Source: Sphingobacteriia bacterium 24-36-13
GTDB taxonomy: Bacteria > Bacteroidota > Bacteroidia > Chitinophagales > Chitinophagaceae
Length of the DNA: 64,000 nucleotides
Direction of reading: 5' to 3'
Assembly (NCBI GenBank): GCA_002281875.1
Contig: NCHN01000017.1
Span: forward strand, 8,462-72,461
A program made the translations under genes and the position numbers. The notes beneath the pieces are model-generated. The model saw only the letters and a program-made list of their open reading frames with translations, was not told the DNA's origin and ran no database searches. Below are positions 9,329-18,361 of the stretch, piece by piece (position 1 is the stretch's first letter; each line of letters opens with the position of its first letter).

Positions 9329-10390
9329 ATGTTGTTTAATTTAAATGACCTTGTTAGGCCCAATATTGCTCAATTAACCCCATATTCTTCTGCAAGAGAT
9401 GAGTATAGTGGGGAGGCAAAAGTGTTTTTAGATGCCAATGAGAATAGCTTAGGTTCACCATTACCTAAATGGTATAATCGTTATCCTGACCCTCATCAGG
9501 TTGCTGTAAAAAATAAGCTTGCTGTTGTCAAAGGAATTACTGCAGAACATATTTTTTTAGGTAATGGAAGTGATGAATGCATAGACTTGTTGTATAGAAG
9601 TTTTTGTATTCCATCAAAAGATAATGTTATAATATGCCCACCAACCTATGGCATGTACGAAGTAAGTGCTCATATAAATGATATTGAGCTAAAAAAGATT
9701 CCTCTGCTGCCTAGTTTTCAGTTAAACTTGGTTGAAATAGAACAAGCTATTGATAGTAATACTAAACTAATTTGGATTTGCTCCCCCAATAATCCAACAG
9801 GGAATTCAATTAATCGCATAGATATAGAAACGATTTTAAATAATTTCAAAGGAATAGTTATAATAGACGAGGCTTATATTAATTTCTCAAAGCAAAAATC
9901 ATTTGTTCAAGAATTAACTGAGTACCCAAATCTTGTTGTATTGCAAACTTTCAGTAAAGCTTGGGGGTTAGCTGGATTAAGATTAGGTATGGCTTTTGCA
10001 TCAACAGCAATTATTGAAGTGCTTAATCGGGTTAAACCTCCATATAATATTAATCAATCAACACAAGAGTTGGCATTAAAGGCTTTGGAAGAAGTGGGTC
10101 AAGTAAACGACATGATTCGATTATTGGTAGATATGAGAGATGCATTAGCAGATGTTTTTAATTTGATGCCAACAGTACAAGAAGTGTATCCATCTGATGC
10201 CAATTTTTTATTGGTTAAAATAAAAGATGCTAGAAAAGTGTATGAATTTTTATTAACCAAAGGGATTGTATTAAGAGATAGGAGTAATGTGCAACTCTGC
10301 AACGATTGCTTAAGAATTACTGTAGGTTCAGAGCATGATAATACCATTTTGGTGGAAGCTATGCAAGACTGGTATCAATTGAATTCATAA
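9329..10390 (+). CDS. hisC: Histidinol-phosphate aminotransferase
   Basis: 353 aa, SPNNPTGN and FSKAWGLAGLRLG (PLP lysine) motifs. Confidence 0.9.
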   Translation: MLFNLNDLVRPNIAQLTPYSSARDEYSGEAKVFLDANENSLGSPLPKWYNRYPDPHQVAVKNKLAVVKGITAEHIFLGNGSDECIDLLYRSFCIPSKDNVIICPPTYGMYEVSAHINDIELKKIPLLPSFQLNLVEIEQAIDSNTKLIWICSPNNPTGNSINRIDIETILNNFKGIVIIDEAYINFSKQKSFVQELTEYPNLVVLQTFSKAWGLAGLRLGMAFASTAIIEVLNRVKPPYNINQSTQELALKALEEVGQVNDMIRLLVDMRDALADVFNLMPTVQEVYPSDANFLLVKIKDARKVYEFLLTKGIVLRDRSNVQLCNDCLRITVGSEHDNTILVEAMQDWYQLNS

Positions 10391-10413
10391 ATTCATACTT
10401 TAATATAATATAT

Positions 10414-11658
10414 ATGCAAAAAATAATATTAGTAGTCGCTATGTTAATGGTTTTGAATATAGTTGTTGCTCAACCAAAGCAACAAGTTCCTATTCAATTG
10501 CCCACCGGTTTTTCCAGTAAAATTGTTGCTAATGATTTAGGTAGGGTTAGACATATTGCTGTGAACAGTAATGGAGACTTATATATGAAGTTAGATCGCT
10601 TGGTAAATGGGAAAGGTATTTACCGTTTACGCGATAAGAACAATGATGGCGTTATGGAAGATACTTTGGCCTTTGGTAATTATACAGGTACGGGAATTGC
10701 TATTAATAATGGGTATTTATATGCCACTTCTGATCAAACTATTTATCGATATAAACTAGATGCCAATCAAAATATTGTAAATCCCGACCAACCTGAAATA
10801 GTAGTAGATGGTTTAATTAACAAAAGACAACATGCTTCAAAGTCAATAACTTTTGATAAAGAAGGAAACCTATATGTAAATATTGGTGCTCCGTCAAATG
10901 TTTGTCAAGAACAAGACAGACAAAAGGGATCCCCTGGTTTAACACCTTGCCCCATTTTGGAAAATGCAGGAGGTATTTGGCAATTTAGTACAACAAAAAC
11001 CAATCAAACTTTAAATGATGGTGTAAGATATGCAACAGGAATGCGTAATGCACTAGGAATTGATTGGAACAATGAAGTGAACGATTTATATGTAACTATT
11101 CATGGAAGAGATATGCTGTACCAATATTTCCCTGAAATGTATGATCAAAAGCGCGGTGCTGAATTGCCCTCTGAAACTTTTTACAGAGTAAAAAAAGGAG
11201 ATGATTGTGGTTGGCCTTATATACATTGGGATCATTTTCAGAATAAAAAAATATTGAATCCTGAATATGGAGGAGACGGCAAAAAAGAAGGTGCTCCAAA
11301 TGCTATTTCCCCGTTGGTAGGTTTTCCTGGACATATGGCGCCGAATGCCTTATTGATTTATTCAGGCAACCAATTTCCAGCAAAATATAAGCATGGTGCT
11401 TTTATTGCTTTTCATGGAAGTTGGAATAGAACACCAGAGCCTCAAGAAGGATTTTATGTGGTATTTGTTCCTATGAAAGATGGAGTTCCTACTGGGAAAT
11501 GGGAAGTTTTTGCAGATGGATTTTCTGGCATGACTCCTGTTACAAATCTATCTGCAGCAAAACATCGTCCCACAGGTTTGGCACAAGGAGAAGATGGATC
11601 TATTTACGTATCCGATGATAAAGCAGGTTATGTTTGGAAAATTTCTTACAATAAATAA
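10414..11658 (+). CDS. Periplasmic PQQ-dependent sugar (glucose/sorbosone-type) dehydrogenase, beta-propeller
   Basis: 414 aa with signal peptide. ATGMRNALGIDWN and AFHGSWNR motifs are typical of the soluble glucose/sorbosone dehydrogenase family. Confidence 0.7.
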   Translation: MQKIILVVAMLMVLNIVVAQPKQQVPIQLPTGFSSKIVANDLGRVRHIAVNSNGDLYMKLDRLVNGKGIYRLRDKNNDGVMEDTLAFGNYTGTGIAINNGYLYATSDQTIYRYKLDANQNIVNPDQPEIVVDGLINKRQHASKSITFDKEGNLYVNIGAPSNVCQEQDRQKGSPGLTPCPILENAGGIWQFSTTKTNQTLNDGVRYATGMRNALGIDWNNEVNDLYVTIHGRDMLYQYFPEMYDQKRGAELPSETFYRVKKGDDCGWPYIHWDHFQNKKILNPEYGGDGKKEGAPNAISPLVGFPGHMAPNALLIYSGNQFPAKYKHGAFIAFHGSWNRTPEPQEGFYVVFVPMKDGVPTGKWEVFADGFSGMTPVTNLSAAKHRPTGLAQGEDGSIYVSDDKAGYVWKISYNK

Positions 11659-11669
11659 TTGCAATAATC

Positions 11670-12086
11670 ATGAGGTTGAAAGTTGTCATAATAATAATAG
11701 GATTGATTTTTCTTTCAGTTGGAGCATTTGCTCAAAAGTCTACACAAAGCAAATCGAAATTGATGTTGAATGGAAAGAAAGTGTACGATATGTATTGTCA
11801 AGCTTGTCATCAGGCCGATGGGAATGGGGTGCCTAGGTTAAATCCTCCATTGGCCGGCACTGTTTATGTTACTGGTAGTAAAACAAGATTAATTGACATT
11901 GTATTAAATGGATTAACCGACCCACTTGAAATTAATGGAGAGGAATACAATAACCCAATGGCAGCCCATTCTTTTTTAACGGATCAACAAATTGCAGATG
12001 TACTAACTTATATTAGAAATAGTTTCGGGAATAAAGCAGGGGTAGTAACTACTGCAGAAGTGAAAAAACAAAGGGCAAAAAAATAA
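11670..12086 (+). CDS. Periplasmic class I c-type cytochrome
   Basis: 138 aa, signal peptide, single CQACH haem-binding motif, downstream NPMAAH (candidate Met ligand). Confidence 0.8.
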   Translation: MRLKVVIIIIGLIFLSVGAFAQKSTQSKSKLMLNGKKVYDMYCQACHQADGNGVPRLNPPLAGTVYVTGSKTRLIDIVLNGLTDPLEINGEEYNNPMAAHSFLTDQQIADVLTYIRNSFGNKAGVVTTAEVKKQRAKK

Positions 12087-12088
12087 GT

Positions 12089-13219
12089 ATGAAACAAATT
12101 TTATTTATAGATAGGGATGGGGTAGTGTTAGAAGAACCACCAATTGATTTTCAAATTGACACAATAGCTAAAACCAATTTTGTTAAAGGGGCGCTCAATA
12201 GTTTATCTAGAATTGCAGCAGATTTTGATTTTTATAAAGTAATGGTGACCAATCAAGATGGATTGGGAACAGCGTCTTATCCAGAAGAACAATTTTATCC
12301 TTATCATGACTTAATGATTAGAACCCTTGACTCTGTTGGGTTCCATTTTGATGAAATGATTATAGATAAAAGTTTTGCTGCTGAAAACTTGCCTACCCGT
12401 AAGCCAGGCACAGGTTTGCTAAAGCACTTAATAAGTAATGATTTGTTTGATTTGCCTAATTCGTTTGTGATTGGGGATAGATGGAGTGATATTCAATTAG
12501 CCATCAATTTAGGTGCTAAAGCTATTTATTTTAAATCTGGTTTGCATGAGTTAACTCCAGAACAGGTATTGGCTTTTAAAGAAGTGATTGTGTTAGAAAC
12601 CAACTCATGGGAAGAAATTTATTCTTTTCTTAAACTTGGTATTAGAAAAATACATCATGAACGAAATACCAATGAAACCAGTATTTCGATAGACGTAAAT
12701 ATGGACGGCTCTGGTAAAGCAGTTATTGAAACTGGTTTGGGCTTTTTTGATCATATGTTAGACCAAATTGCTCGACACGGTAAAATTGATTTAACAATTT
12801 CAACTAAAGGCGATTTATATATAGATGAGCACCATACTATTGAAGATACCGGTATTGCGCTGGGAGAAGCTTTTGCAAAAGCATTGTCTGACAAGCGTGG
12901 GATGGAGCGATATGGTTTTGCATTACCGATGGATGAAGCAGATGCAAAAGTATTAATTGATTTTGGTGGGAGAAACTGGTTAGTTTGGAATGCCGAATTC
13001 AAAAGAGAAAAAATTGGCGAAATGCCAACTGAAATGTTTTACCATTTTTTCAAATCCTTTAGCGATGGAGCAAAATGCAATTTGAATATTGAATGCAAAG
13101 GAGATAATGAGCACCATAAAATAGAAGCTATATTTAAAGCTTTTGCGAAAGCAATTCGTATGGCAGTAAAAAGAGATCCTATTAGTAACTATTTGCCTTC
13201 CACCAAAGGGGTATTATAA
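12089..13219 (+). CDS. hisB: Bifunctional histidinol-phosphatase / imidazoleglycerol-phosphate dehydratase
   Basis: 376 aa. N-terminal HAD motif FIDRDGV. C-terminal IGPD motifs DEHHTIEDTGIALG and GDNEHHKIEAIFKAFA. Confidence 0.92.
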   Translation: MKQILFIDRDGVVLEEPPIDFQIDTIAKTNFVKGALNSLSRIAADFDFYKVMVTNQDGLGTASYPEEQFYPYHDLMIRTLDSVGFHFDEMIIDKSFAAENLPTRKPGTGLLKHLISNDLFDLPNSFVIGDRWSDIQLAINLGAKAIYFKSGLHELTPEQVLAFKEVIVLETNSWEEIYSFLKLGIRKIHHERNTNETSISIDVNMDGSGKAVIETGLGFFDHMLDQIARHGKIDLTISTKGDLYIDEHHTIEDTGIALGEAFAKALSDKRGMERYGFALPMDEADAKVLIDFGGRNWLVWNAEFKREKIGEMPTEMFYHFFKSFSDGAKCNLNIECKGDNEHHKIEAIFKAFAKAIRMAVKRDPISNYLPSTKGVL

Positions 13220-13672
13220 TTTAGATTCTCTTTTCCAAACATCTGTTCTGCCTAATAATGAAATACCTATGTAGCCACGTACCTCAATGGTATTAGGGTC
13301 TTTCATGGTTATTTTGCAACTATAGTCGTCTCCTGATTTTGGGTCGTATATTTTACCATCCTTCCATTGGCTATTTTTATGAAAACTGAAATTTCTTAAA
13401 TTAACCAATCCAAGTAAGGGTGTATTTCTTTTAGAAGGGTCACTATTATTAGCATCTATTCTTGGTTTACCAGTAGTTGGGTTATTGGGCTCTTTTAGCC
13501 AAACTATTTTACCAAAATAACTACTTCCTTGCTTAAATATTTGAACAACAGCAGTTCCTTCGCCTGTTTTCCAGTTCCCGAGAATTGCATCTGGGTTATT
13601 GTTTGAAAGGGGAGTACTAAAAACAGGTAACAAGTATATGGTGCTTAGTAAGAGGGTATATAATTTTTTCAT
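13214..13672 (-). CDS. DUF2147 family secreted protein
   Basis: 152 aa, signal peptide, ILGNWKT...GKIVWLKEP...GKIYDPKSGDDYSCKITM...LEVRGYIG-like pattern. Its 3' end overlaps hisB by 6 nt, convergently. Confidence 0.7.
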   Translation of the reverse strand: MKKLYTLLLSTIYLLPVFSTPLSNNNPDAILGNWKTGEGTAVVQIFKQGSSYFGKIVWLKEPNNPTTGKPRIDANNSDPSKRNTPLLGLVNLRNFSFHKNSQWKDGKIYDPKSGDDYSCKITMKDPNTIEVRGYIGISLLGRTDVWKRESKL

Positions 13673-13768
13673 GTTTCAAATAGTCATTTGTTTAATAAAA
13701 TTGCGCTTTTAGTTGTAGACTTCGTAATTATTTTTTGTTAATTCACTACGATACTTCATCTTTGTGGT

Positions 13769-13822
13769 ATGATTATTATAAATAAGCATTGGTGGTGGCA
13801 TTCTAACTCTTTACGGGGATAG
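13769..13822 (+). CDS. Tryptophan-operon leader peptide MIIINKHWWWHSNSLRG (17 aa, three consecutive Trp)
   Basis: ATG ATT ATT ATA AAT AAG CAT TGG TGG TGG CAT TCT AAC TCT TTA CGG GGA TAG read directly. Followed by a strong terminator, 85 nt upstream of trpE. Confidence 0.75.
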   Translation: MIIINKHWWWHSNSLRG

Positions 13823-13855
13823 TAATGGTGTAACCAATACTCATTGAATATATTC

Positions 13856-13885
13856 AAAGCCCCGGATTAATCTGGGGCTTTTTTT
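13856..13885 (+). terminator. Intrinsic terminator (attenuator) between the trp leader peptide and trpE
   Basis: AAAGCCCCGG (13856-13865) / loop ATTAAT / CTGGGGCTTT (13872-13881), with the T-run continuing to 13885. trpE ATG is at 13907. Confidence 0.8.
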
Positions 13886-13906
13886 ATGGATTATAATTGA
13901 CAAAAA

Positions 13907-15319
13907 ATGAATAAAATGCAATTAACTACTACAGGTAAAAAGATACTTGGGGATATATACACGCCTGTTGGAATATATTTAAGGTTGAGGGATCGTTTTA
14001 GAGATACCATATTGCTAGAGAGTACCGATCATCATGCTAATGAAAACAGTTATTCATTTATTTGCATCAATGCAATTGGAGGTATTGAGGTTAAAAATAA
14101 TGATACAATAGAATATAAATTGCCTGGGAACGACCCAGTAAAGTTGTCATTAGATAAAAAAATAAATGTGCCCCAATATTTATGGGATTTCATGCGCAAT
14201 TTCGAAGTAGATAAATTAACAGATAATCAATACCAATTTGCTCAAGGATTGTATGGGTATACTTGTTTTGATGCAGTTCCTTTTTTTGATACTGCAATTG
14301 CTTCGAAACCCACAAAACCGCTGATTCCATTAATTCGTTATCGTTTATATCAATACGTAATTGCATTCAATCATTTTAAGGATGAGCTGATCATTTGTGA
14401 AAATAAAATTGCAGGCTTAGAAGGAGATTTACAAATGATTGAAACTTTAATCAGAAGTAAAGACGTTCCTGTTTATCCATTTAGTTTAGTAGGTACAGAA
14501 AGATCTAATATGACCAATGAATCTTATATAGAATTGGTTAAAAAAGGAATTAAAAGGTGTTTAAGGGGAGATGTTTTTCAAATTGTACTAAGTAGGAAGT
14601 TTGAACATTCATTCTCAGGAGATGAATTCAATGTGTATAGGGCTTTGAGAAGTATTAATCCTTCACCTTATCTGTTTTTCTTTGATTATGGAGATTATAA
14701 AATTATGGGTTCTTCTCCTGAAGCGCAATTAGTAATTAAAAATGGCAAAGCTATTGTTCATCCAATAGCAGGAACATTTAAAAGAACAGGTGATGATACT
14801 ACGGATCAATTGGCTGCTGAAGACCTATTAAAAGATAAAAAAGAAAATGCGGAACATGTAATGCTAGTAGATTTAGCAAGGAACGATTTGAGCAGGGTTT
14901 GCGATGAAGTAAATGTAGTTCATTATAGACAAGTTCAATACTATAGTCATGTTATACATTTAGTAAGTGAAGTGGAAGGTAAGTTAAGGGCAGCACATAA
15001 TCCATTTGAAATATTTGCAGGAACCTTTCCTGCAGGAACGTTAAGTGGTGCACCCAAAGTAAAAGCATTAGAAATTATAGCTGAATACGAGCCCACCCCA
15101 AGAAGTTTTTATGGGGGAGCAATAGGGTTTGTTGGTTTTGATGGCAGCTTTAATCATGCAATTATGATAAGAACTTTTTTAAGTAAAAACAATCAGTTAA
15201 TCTGTCAAGCAGGTGCAGGTGTAGTTGCTGCAAGTAATCCTGAAAACGAATTACAAGAAGTGAATAATAAATTGAATGCTTTAAAACAAGCTGCTGCTTT
15301 TGCTGCACAGGTTCATTAA
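13907..15319 (+). CDS. trpE: Anthranilate synthase component I
   Basis: 470 aa, LLESTD, PSPYLFFF and GAPKVKALEIIAEYE motifs. Confidence 0.92.
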   Translation: MNKMQLTTTGKKILGDIYTPVGIYLRLRDRFRDTILLESTDHHANENSYSFICINAIGGIEVKNNDTIEYKLPGNDPVKLSLDKKINVPQYLWDFMRNFEVDKLTDNQYQFAQGLYGYTCFDAVPFFDTAIASKPTKPLIPLIRYRLYQYVIAFNHFKDELIICENKIAGLEGDLQMIETLIRSKDVPVYPFSLVGTERSNMTNESYIELVKKGIKRCLRGDVFQIVLSRKFEHSFSGDEFNVYRALRSINPSPYLFFFDYGDYKIMGSSPEAQLVIKNGKAIVHPIAGTFKRTGDDTTDQLAAEDLLKDKKENAEHVMLVDLARNDLSRVCDEVNVVHYRQVQYYSHVIHLVSEVEGKLRAAHNPFEIFAGTFPAGTLSGAPKVKALEIIAEYEPTPRSFYGGAIGFVGFDGSFNHAIMIRTFLSKNNQLICQAGAGVVAASNPENELQEVNNKLNALKQAAAFAAQVH

Positions 15320-15332
15320 TTAAATTAAGTGT

Positions 15333-15914
15333 ATGAAAATTTTGGTTTTTGATAACTATGACTCGTTCACATATAACCTGGTTCATCTAATTGCCCAATT
15401 AACAGGTTATCATCCAGTTGTTTGTAGAAATGATGAAATTGAATTGTCTCAGATAAAGCAATACGACAAAATATTACTTTCTCCAGGACCAGGAATTCCA
15501 TCCGAAGCGGGACTCTTGCAGCCTTTAATAAAAGAATATGCTGCAAGCAAAAGTATTTTGGGAGTTTGCTTAGGACATCAAGCAATTGGTGAAGTATTTG
15601 GCGCGAAACTGATTAATCTTTCTACTGTTTTTCACGGTGTTGCTACACCTATACAAATTGAAAATTCAATTAATGGCAAAGACTCTTCGTTATATGATGG
15701 TTTGCCAAATCAAATTGAAGTAGGGCGATATCATAGTTGGGTGGTAAGCGATAGCCAATTCCCTACTTGTTTAAAAATAACAGCTAAAGATGACAATGGG
15801 TTTATTATGGGTTTGGCACACACCGAATTTGATGTAGAAGGTGTTCAGTTTCATCCAGAAAGTATTTTAACTCCAGATGGTGCTACAATTATCAAAAACT
15901 GGCTAAAAAGATAA
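15333..15914 (+). CDS. trpG: Anthranilate synthase component II (glutamine amidotransferase)
   Basis: 193 aa, GVCLGHQAIG (Cys nucleophile), GVQFHPES. Confidence 0.9.
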   Translation: MKILVFDNYDSFTYNLVHLIAQLTGYHPVVCRNDEIELSQIKQYDKILLSPGPGIPSEAGLLQPLIKEYAASKSILGVCLGHQAIGEVFGAKLINLSTVFHGVATPIQIENSINGKDSSLYDGLPNQIEVGRYHSWVVSDSQFPTCLKITAKDDNGFIMGLAHTEFDVEGVQFHPESILTPDGATIIKNWLKR

Positions 15915-15915
15915 A

Positions 15916-16911
15916 ATGAAAAAAATATTACAATACTTGTTTGAATATAAAACCCTTACTAGGGCTAAAGCCTATGAAGTGATGTTAAATATGGCTAAGG
16001 GGCAGTATAATGATGCAGAAATTGCCTCATTTATAACAGTCTATTTAATGAGAAGTGTAACAATAGATGAATTAAATGGTTTTAGAGATGCCCTATTAGA
16101 ACTTTGTATTAAAACAGAATTGGGAACAACCGATTTGGTTGATATTGTTGGAACTGGTGGCGACGGAAAGAATTCATTCAATATTTCTACATTGGCTTGC
16201 TTTATTGTTGCAGGTGCAGGCCAAAAAGTGGCAAAACATGGTAATTACGGGGCTTCTACAATTAGTGGTGCGTCAAATGTGATGGAGCAATTAGGCTACC
16301 GTTTCAAACAAGATAGCAGTGCTTTAAAAAAGGAAATTGATGAGTCCAATATTTGTTTTATGCATGCCCCTCTTTTTCATCCAGCACTAAAAGTGGTAGG
16401 TCCTATTCGTAAACAACTAGGGGTAAGAACTTTTTTTAATATGCTAGGACCCATGGTTAATCCTGCAAACCCAAATTATCAATTAGTTGGCGTTTATAAT
16501 TTAGAAATGGCAAGGATTTATAATTACTTACTGCAGCAAACCGGCAAGTCATTTACCATCATACATAGTTTAGATGGTTATGACGAAATTTCTTTGACCA
16601 GCGATACTAAAGTAATTACTAAGGATGGCGAATCTATTTTTTCGGCTATTGAATTAGGGAAAAAAATAGTAATGCCAGAAGCAATATATGGTGGAAATAC
16701 AGTAGAAGAATCGGCAGCTATTTTTCTAAAAATTATTAAAGGAGAAGGAACTTGGTCGCAAAATGCAGTGGTATTAGCCAATGCAGCCATGGCTTTAAAT
16801 GCTACGGGGAAATACAATAATTACCAATCTGCTTATCAAGCTGCTGTAGAAAGTTTAGAATCGGGAGCAGCTTTAAAATCGTTCAGCAAATTAATTGCCT
16901 TGCAGGCTTAG
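15916..16911 (+). CDS. trpD: Anthranilate phosphoribosyltransferase
   Basis: 331 aa, DIVGTGGDG and KHGN motifs, 1-nt gap after trpG. Confidence 0.9.
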   Translation: MKKILQYLFEYKTLTRAKAYEVMLNMAKGQYNDAEIASFITVYLMRSVTIDELNGFRDALLELCIKTELGTTDLVDIVGTGGDGKNSFNISTLACFIVAGAGQKVAKHGNYGASTISGASNVMEQLGYRFKQDSSALKKEIDESNICFMHAPLFHPALKVVGPIRKQLGVRTFFNMLGPMVNPANPNYQLVGVYNLEMARIYNYLLQQTGKSFTIIHSLDGYDEISLTSDTKVITKDGESIFSAIELGKKIVMPEAIYGGNTVEESAAIFLKIIKGEGTWSQNAVVLANAAMALNATGKYNNYQSAYQAAVESLESGAALKSFSKLIALQA

Positions 16912-16932
16912 ATTTATCAAATTATTATTATT

Positions 16933-17730
16933 ATGACCATTCTAGATACTATTGTTGCGCAAAAAAACATAGAAGTAGCTGCAAAAAAAGTAATAATATC
17001 AGTTGACCAGCTTGAACAATCCCCTTTCTTTAAGTTGCCTTGTTTGTCTTTGAAAGAATCATTACTAGATAAAAATAAGACTGGAATTATTGCAGAATTT
17101 AAAAGAAAGTCGCCTAGTAAGGGGATCATTAATAATACAGCAACCCTTCAAGACGTAACACAGGCATACACGCAATTTGGTGCAGCTGGAATTTCTGTAT
17201 TGACTGATGAACTATTTTTTGGTGGTTCATTGGCCGATTTGGAAGCAGCTACTTTTAATCAAATTCCACTTTTGCGAAAGGATTTTATGATTAATGAGTA
17301 CCAAATTATTGAAGCTAAAGCAAGTGGTGCATCTGTAATATTGTTAATAGCAGCTTGTTTAACTCCAAAACAAGTAAAAGAGATGACCCTTTTAGCGCAC
17401 AGTTTAGGATTAGAGGTATTGCTTGAAGTGCATAATCACGAAGAATTGGGTCATATTAATGAAGAAATTGATTTAGTTGGAGTAAACAATCGGAATTTGA
17501 AAAATTTTGAAGTGAGTATCAATGTCTCCTTAGACCTAATTGAACAAATTCCTACATCCATTCCTGCAATTGCAGAAAGTGGGATAGATAATCCTAATAC
17601 CATTGTAACTTTACAGAAAGCCGGTTTCGCTGGCTTTTTAATAGGAGAACGCTTCATGAAAGAATCGAATCCATCTATTGCTTTTGCCAATTTTGTAAAT
17701 GAATTAAAATTAAAACAAAATGCGAGCTAA
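16933..17730 (+). CDS. trpC: Indole-3-glycerol phosphate synthase
   Basis: 265 aa, IAEFKRKSPSKG motif. Confidence 0.9.
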   Translation: MTILDTIVAQKNIEVAAKKVIISVDQLEQSPFFKLPCLSLKESLLDKNKTGIIAEFKRKSPSKGIINNTATLQDVTQAYTQFGAAGISVLTDELFFGGSLADLEAATFNQIPLLRKDFMINEYQIIEAKASGASVILLIAACLTPKQVKEMTLLAHSLGLEVLLEVHNHEELGHINEEIDLVGVNNRNLKNFEVSINVSLDLIEQIPTSIPAIAESGIDNPNTIVTLQKAGFAGFLIGERFMKESNPSIAFANFVNELKLKQNAS

Positions 17731-18361
17731 AGTATGTGGGTTAAACAGTGTGAGCCAAATGATGCAATTGGATGAAATAGGAGTAGACTTTGCAGGGTTT
17801 ATTTTTTATCCTAAATCTCCAAGATATGTTTTAAATACTATTTCAAAAGTTGATCTTAAAAAAGCCAAAGGGTCAAATATTAATAAAGTGGGAGTTTTTG
17901 TGAATGAAAATCCAGACCAATTATTATCGTTAGTAGATGATTGCGGATTGTATTTGGCCCAATTACATGGAGATGAAACACCAAGATATTGCGAAAAAAT
18001 TGCCGATTATATTTCCGTAATTAAAGCCTTTCGTTTAAGGGATGATGATGATGTTTTATGGAAAATTAAAGATTACCAAGATATAGTAGACATGTTTTTG
18101 TTTGATACTGCTGGCACTGAATATGGGGGAACCGGAAAAAGATTTAACTGGGAAATACTAACAGCATTAAATATCAATAAGCCTTTTTTTCTTAGCGGTG
18201 GAATTGGACCAGCAGATATAGAAGCATTAAAAACATTTTCATCAACTCCAGTTGCGAAAGACTTATTTGCGGTAGATGTGAATAGTATGTTTGAAATAAC
18301 ACCAGGCATAAAGGATATGACAAAAGTTAAACCTTTCATACAAGAATTAACCAAAATATGA
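17720..18361 (+). CDS. trpF: Phosphoribosylanthranilate isomerase
   Basis: 213 aa, KVCGL N-terminus and QLHGDE motif, 11-nt overlap with trpC. Confidence 0.88.
   Translation: MRAKVCGLNSVSQMMQLDEIGVDFAGFIFYPKSPRYVLNTISKVDLKKAKGSNINKVGVFVNENPDQLLSLVDDCGLYLAQLHGDETPRYCEKIADYISVIKAFRLRDDDDVLWKIKDYQDIVDMFLFDTAGTEYGGTGKRFNWEILTALNINKPFFLSGGIGPADIEALKTFSSTPVAKDLFAVDVNSMFEITPGIKDMTKVKPFIQELTKI

Noticed and set aside
11594-11836. 80-aa plus-strand ORF bridging the dehydrogenase and cytochrome c genes
   Set aside because: It is out of frame with, and overlaps, two ORFs that have clear signal peptides and family motifs. It has no features of its own.
13845-13856. Perfect 12-nt palindrome TGAATATATTCA just before the trp terminator, considered as a repressor operator
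   Set aside because: It is short and AT-rich, so chance occurrence is plausible. It has no second copy and no cognate regulator gene nearby. It may simply be part of the leader RNA structure.
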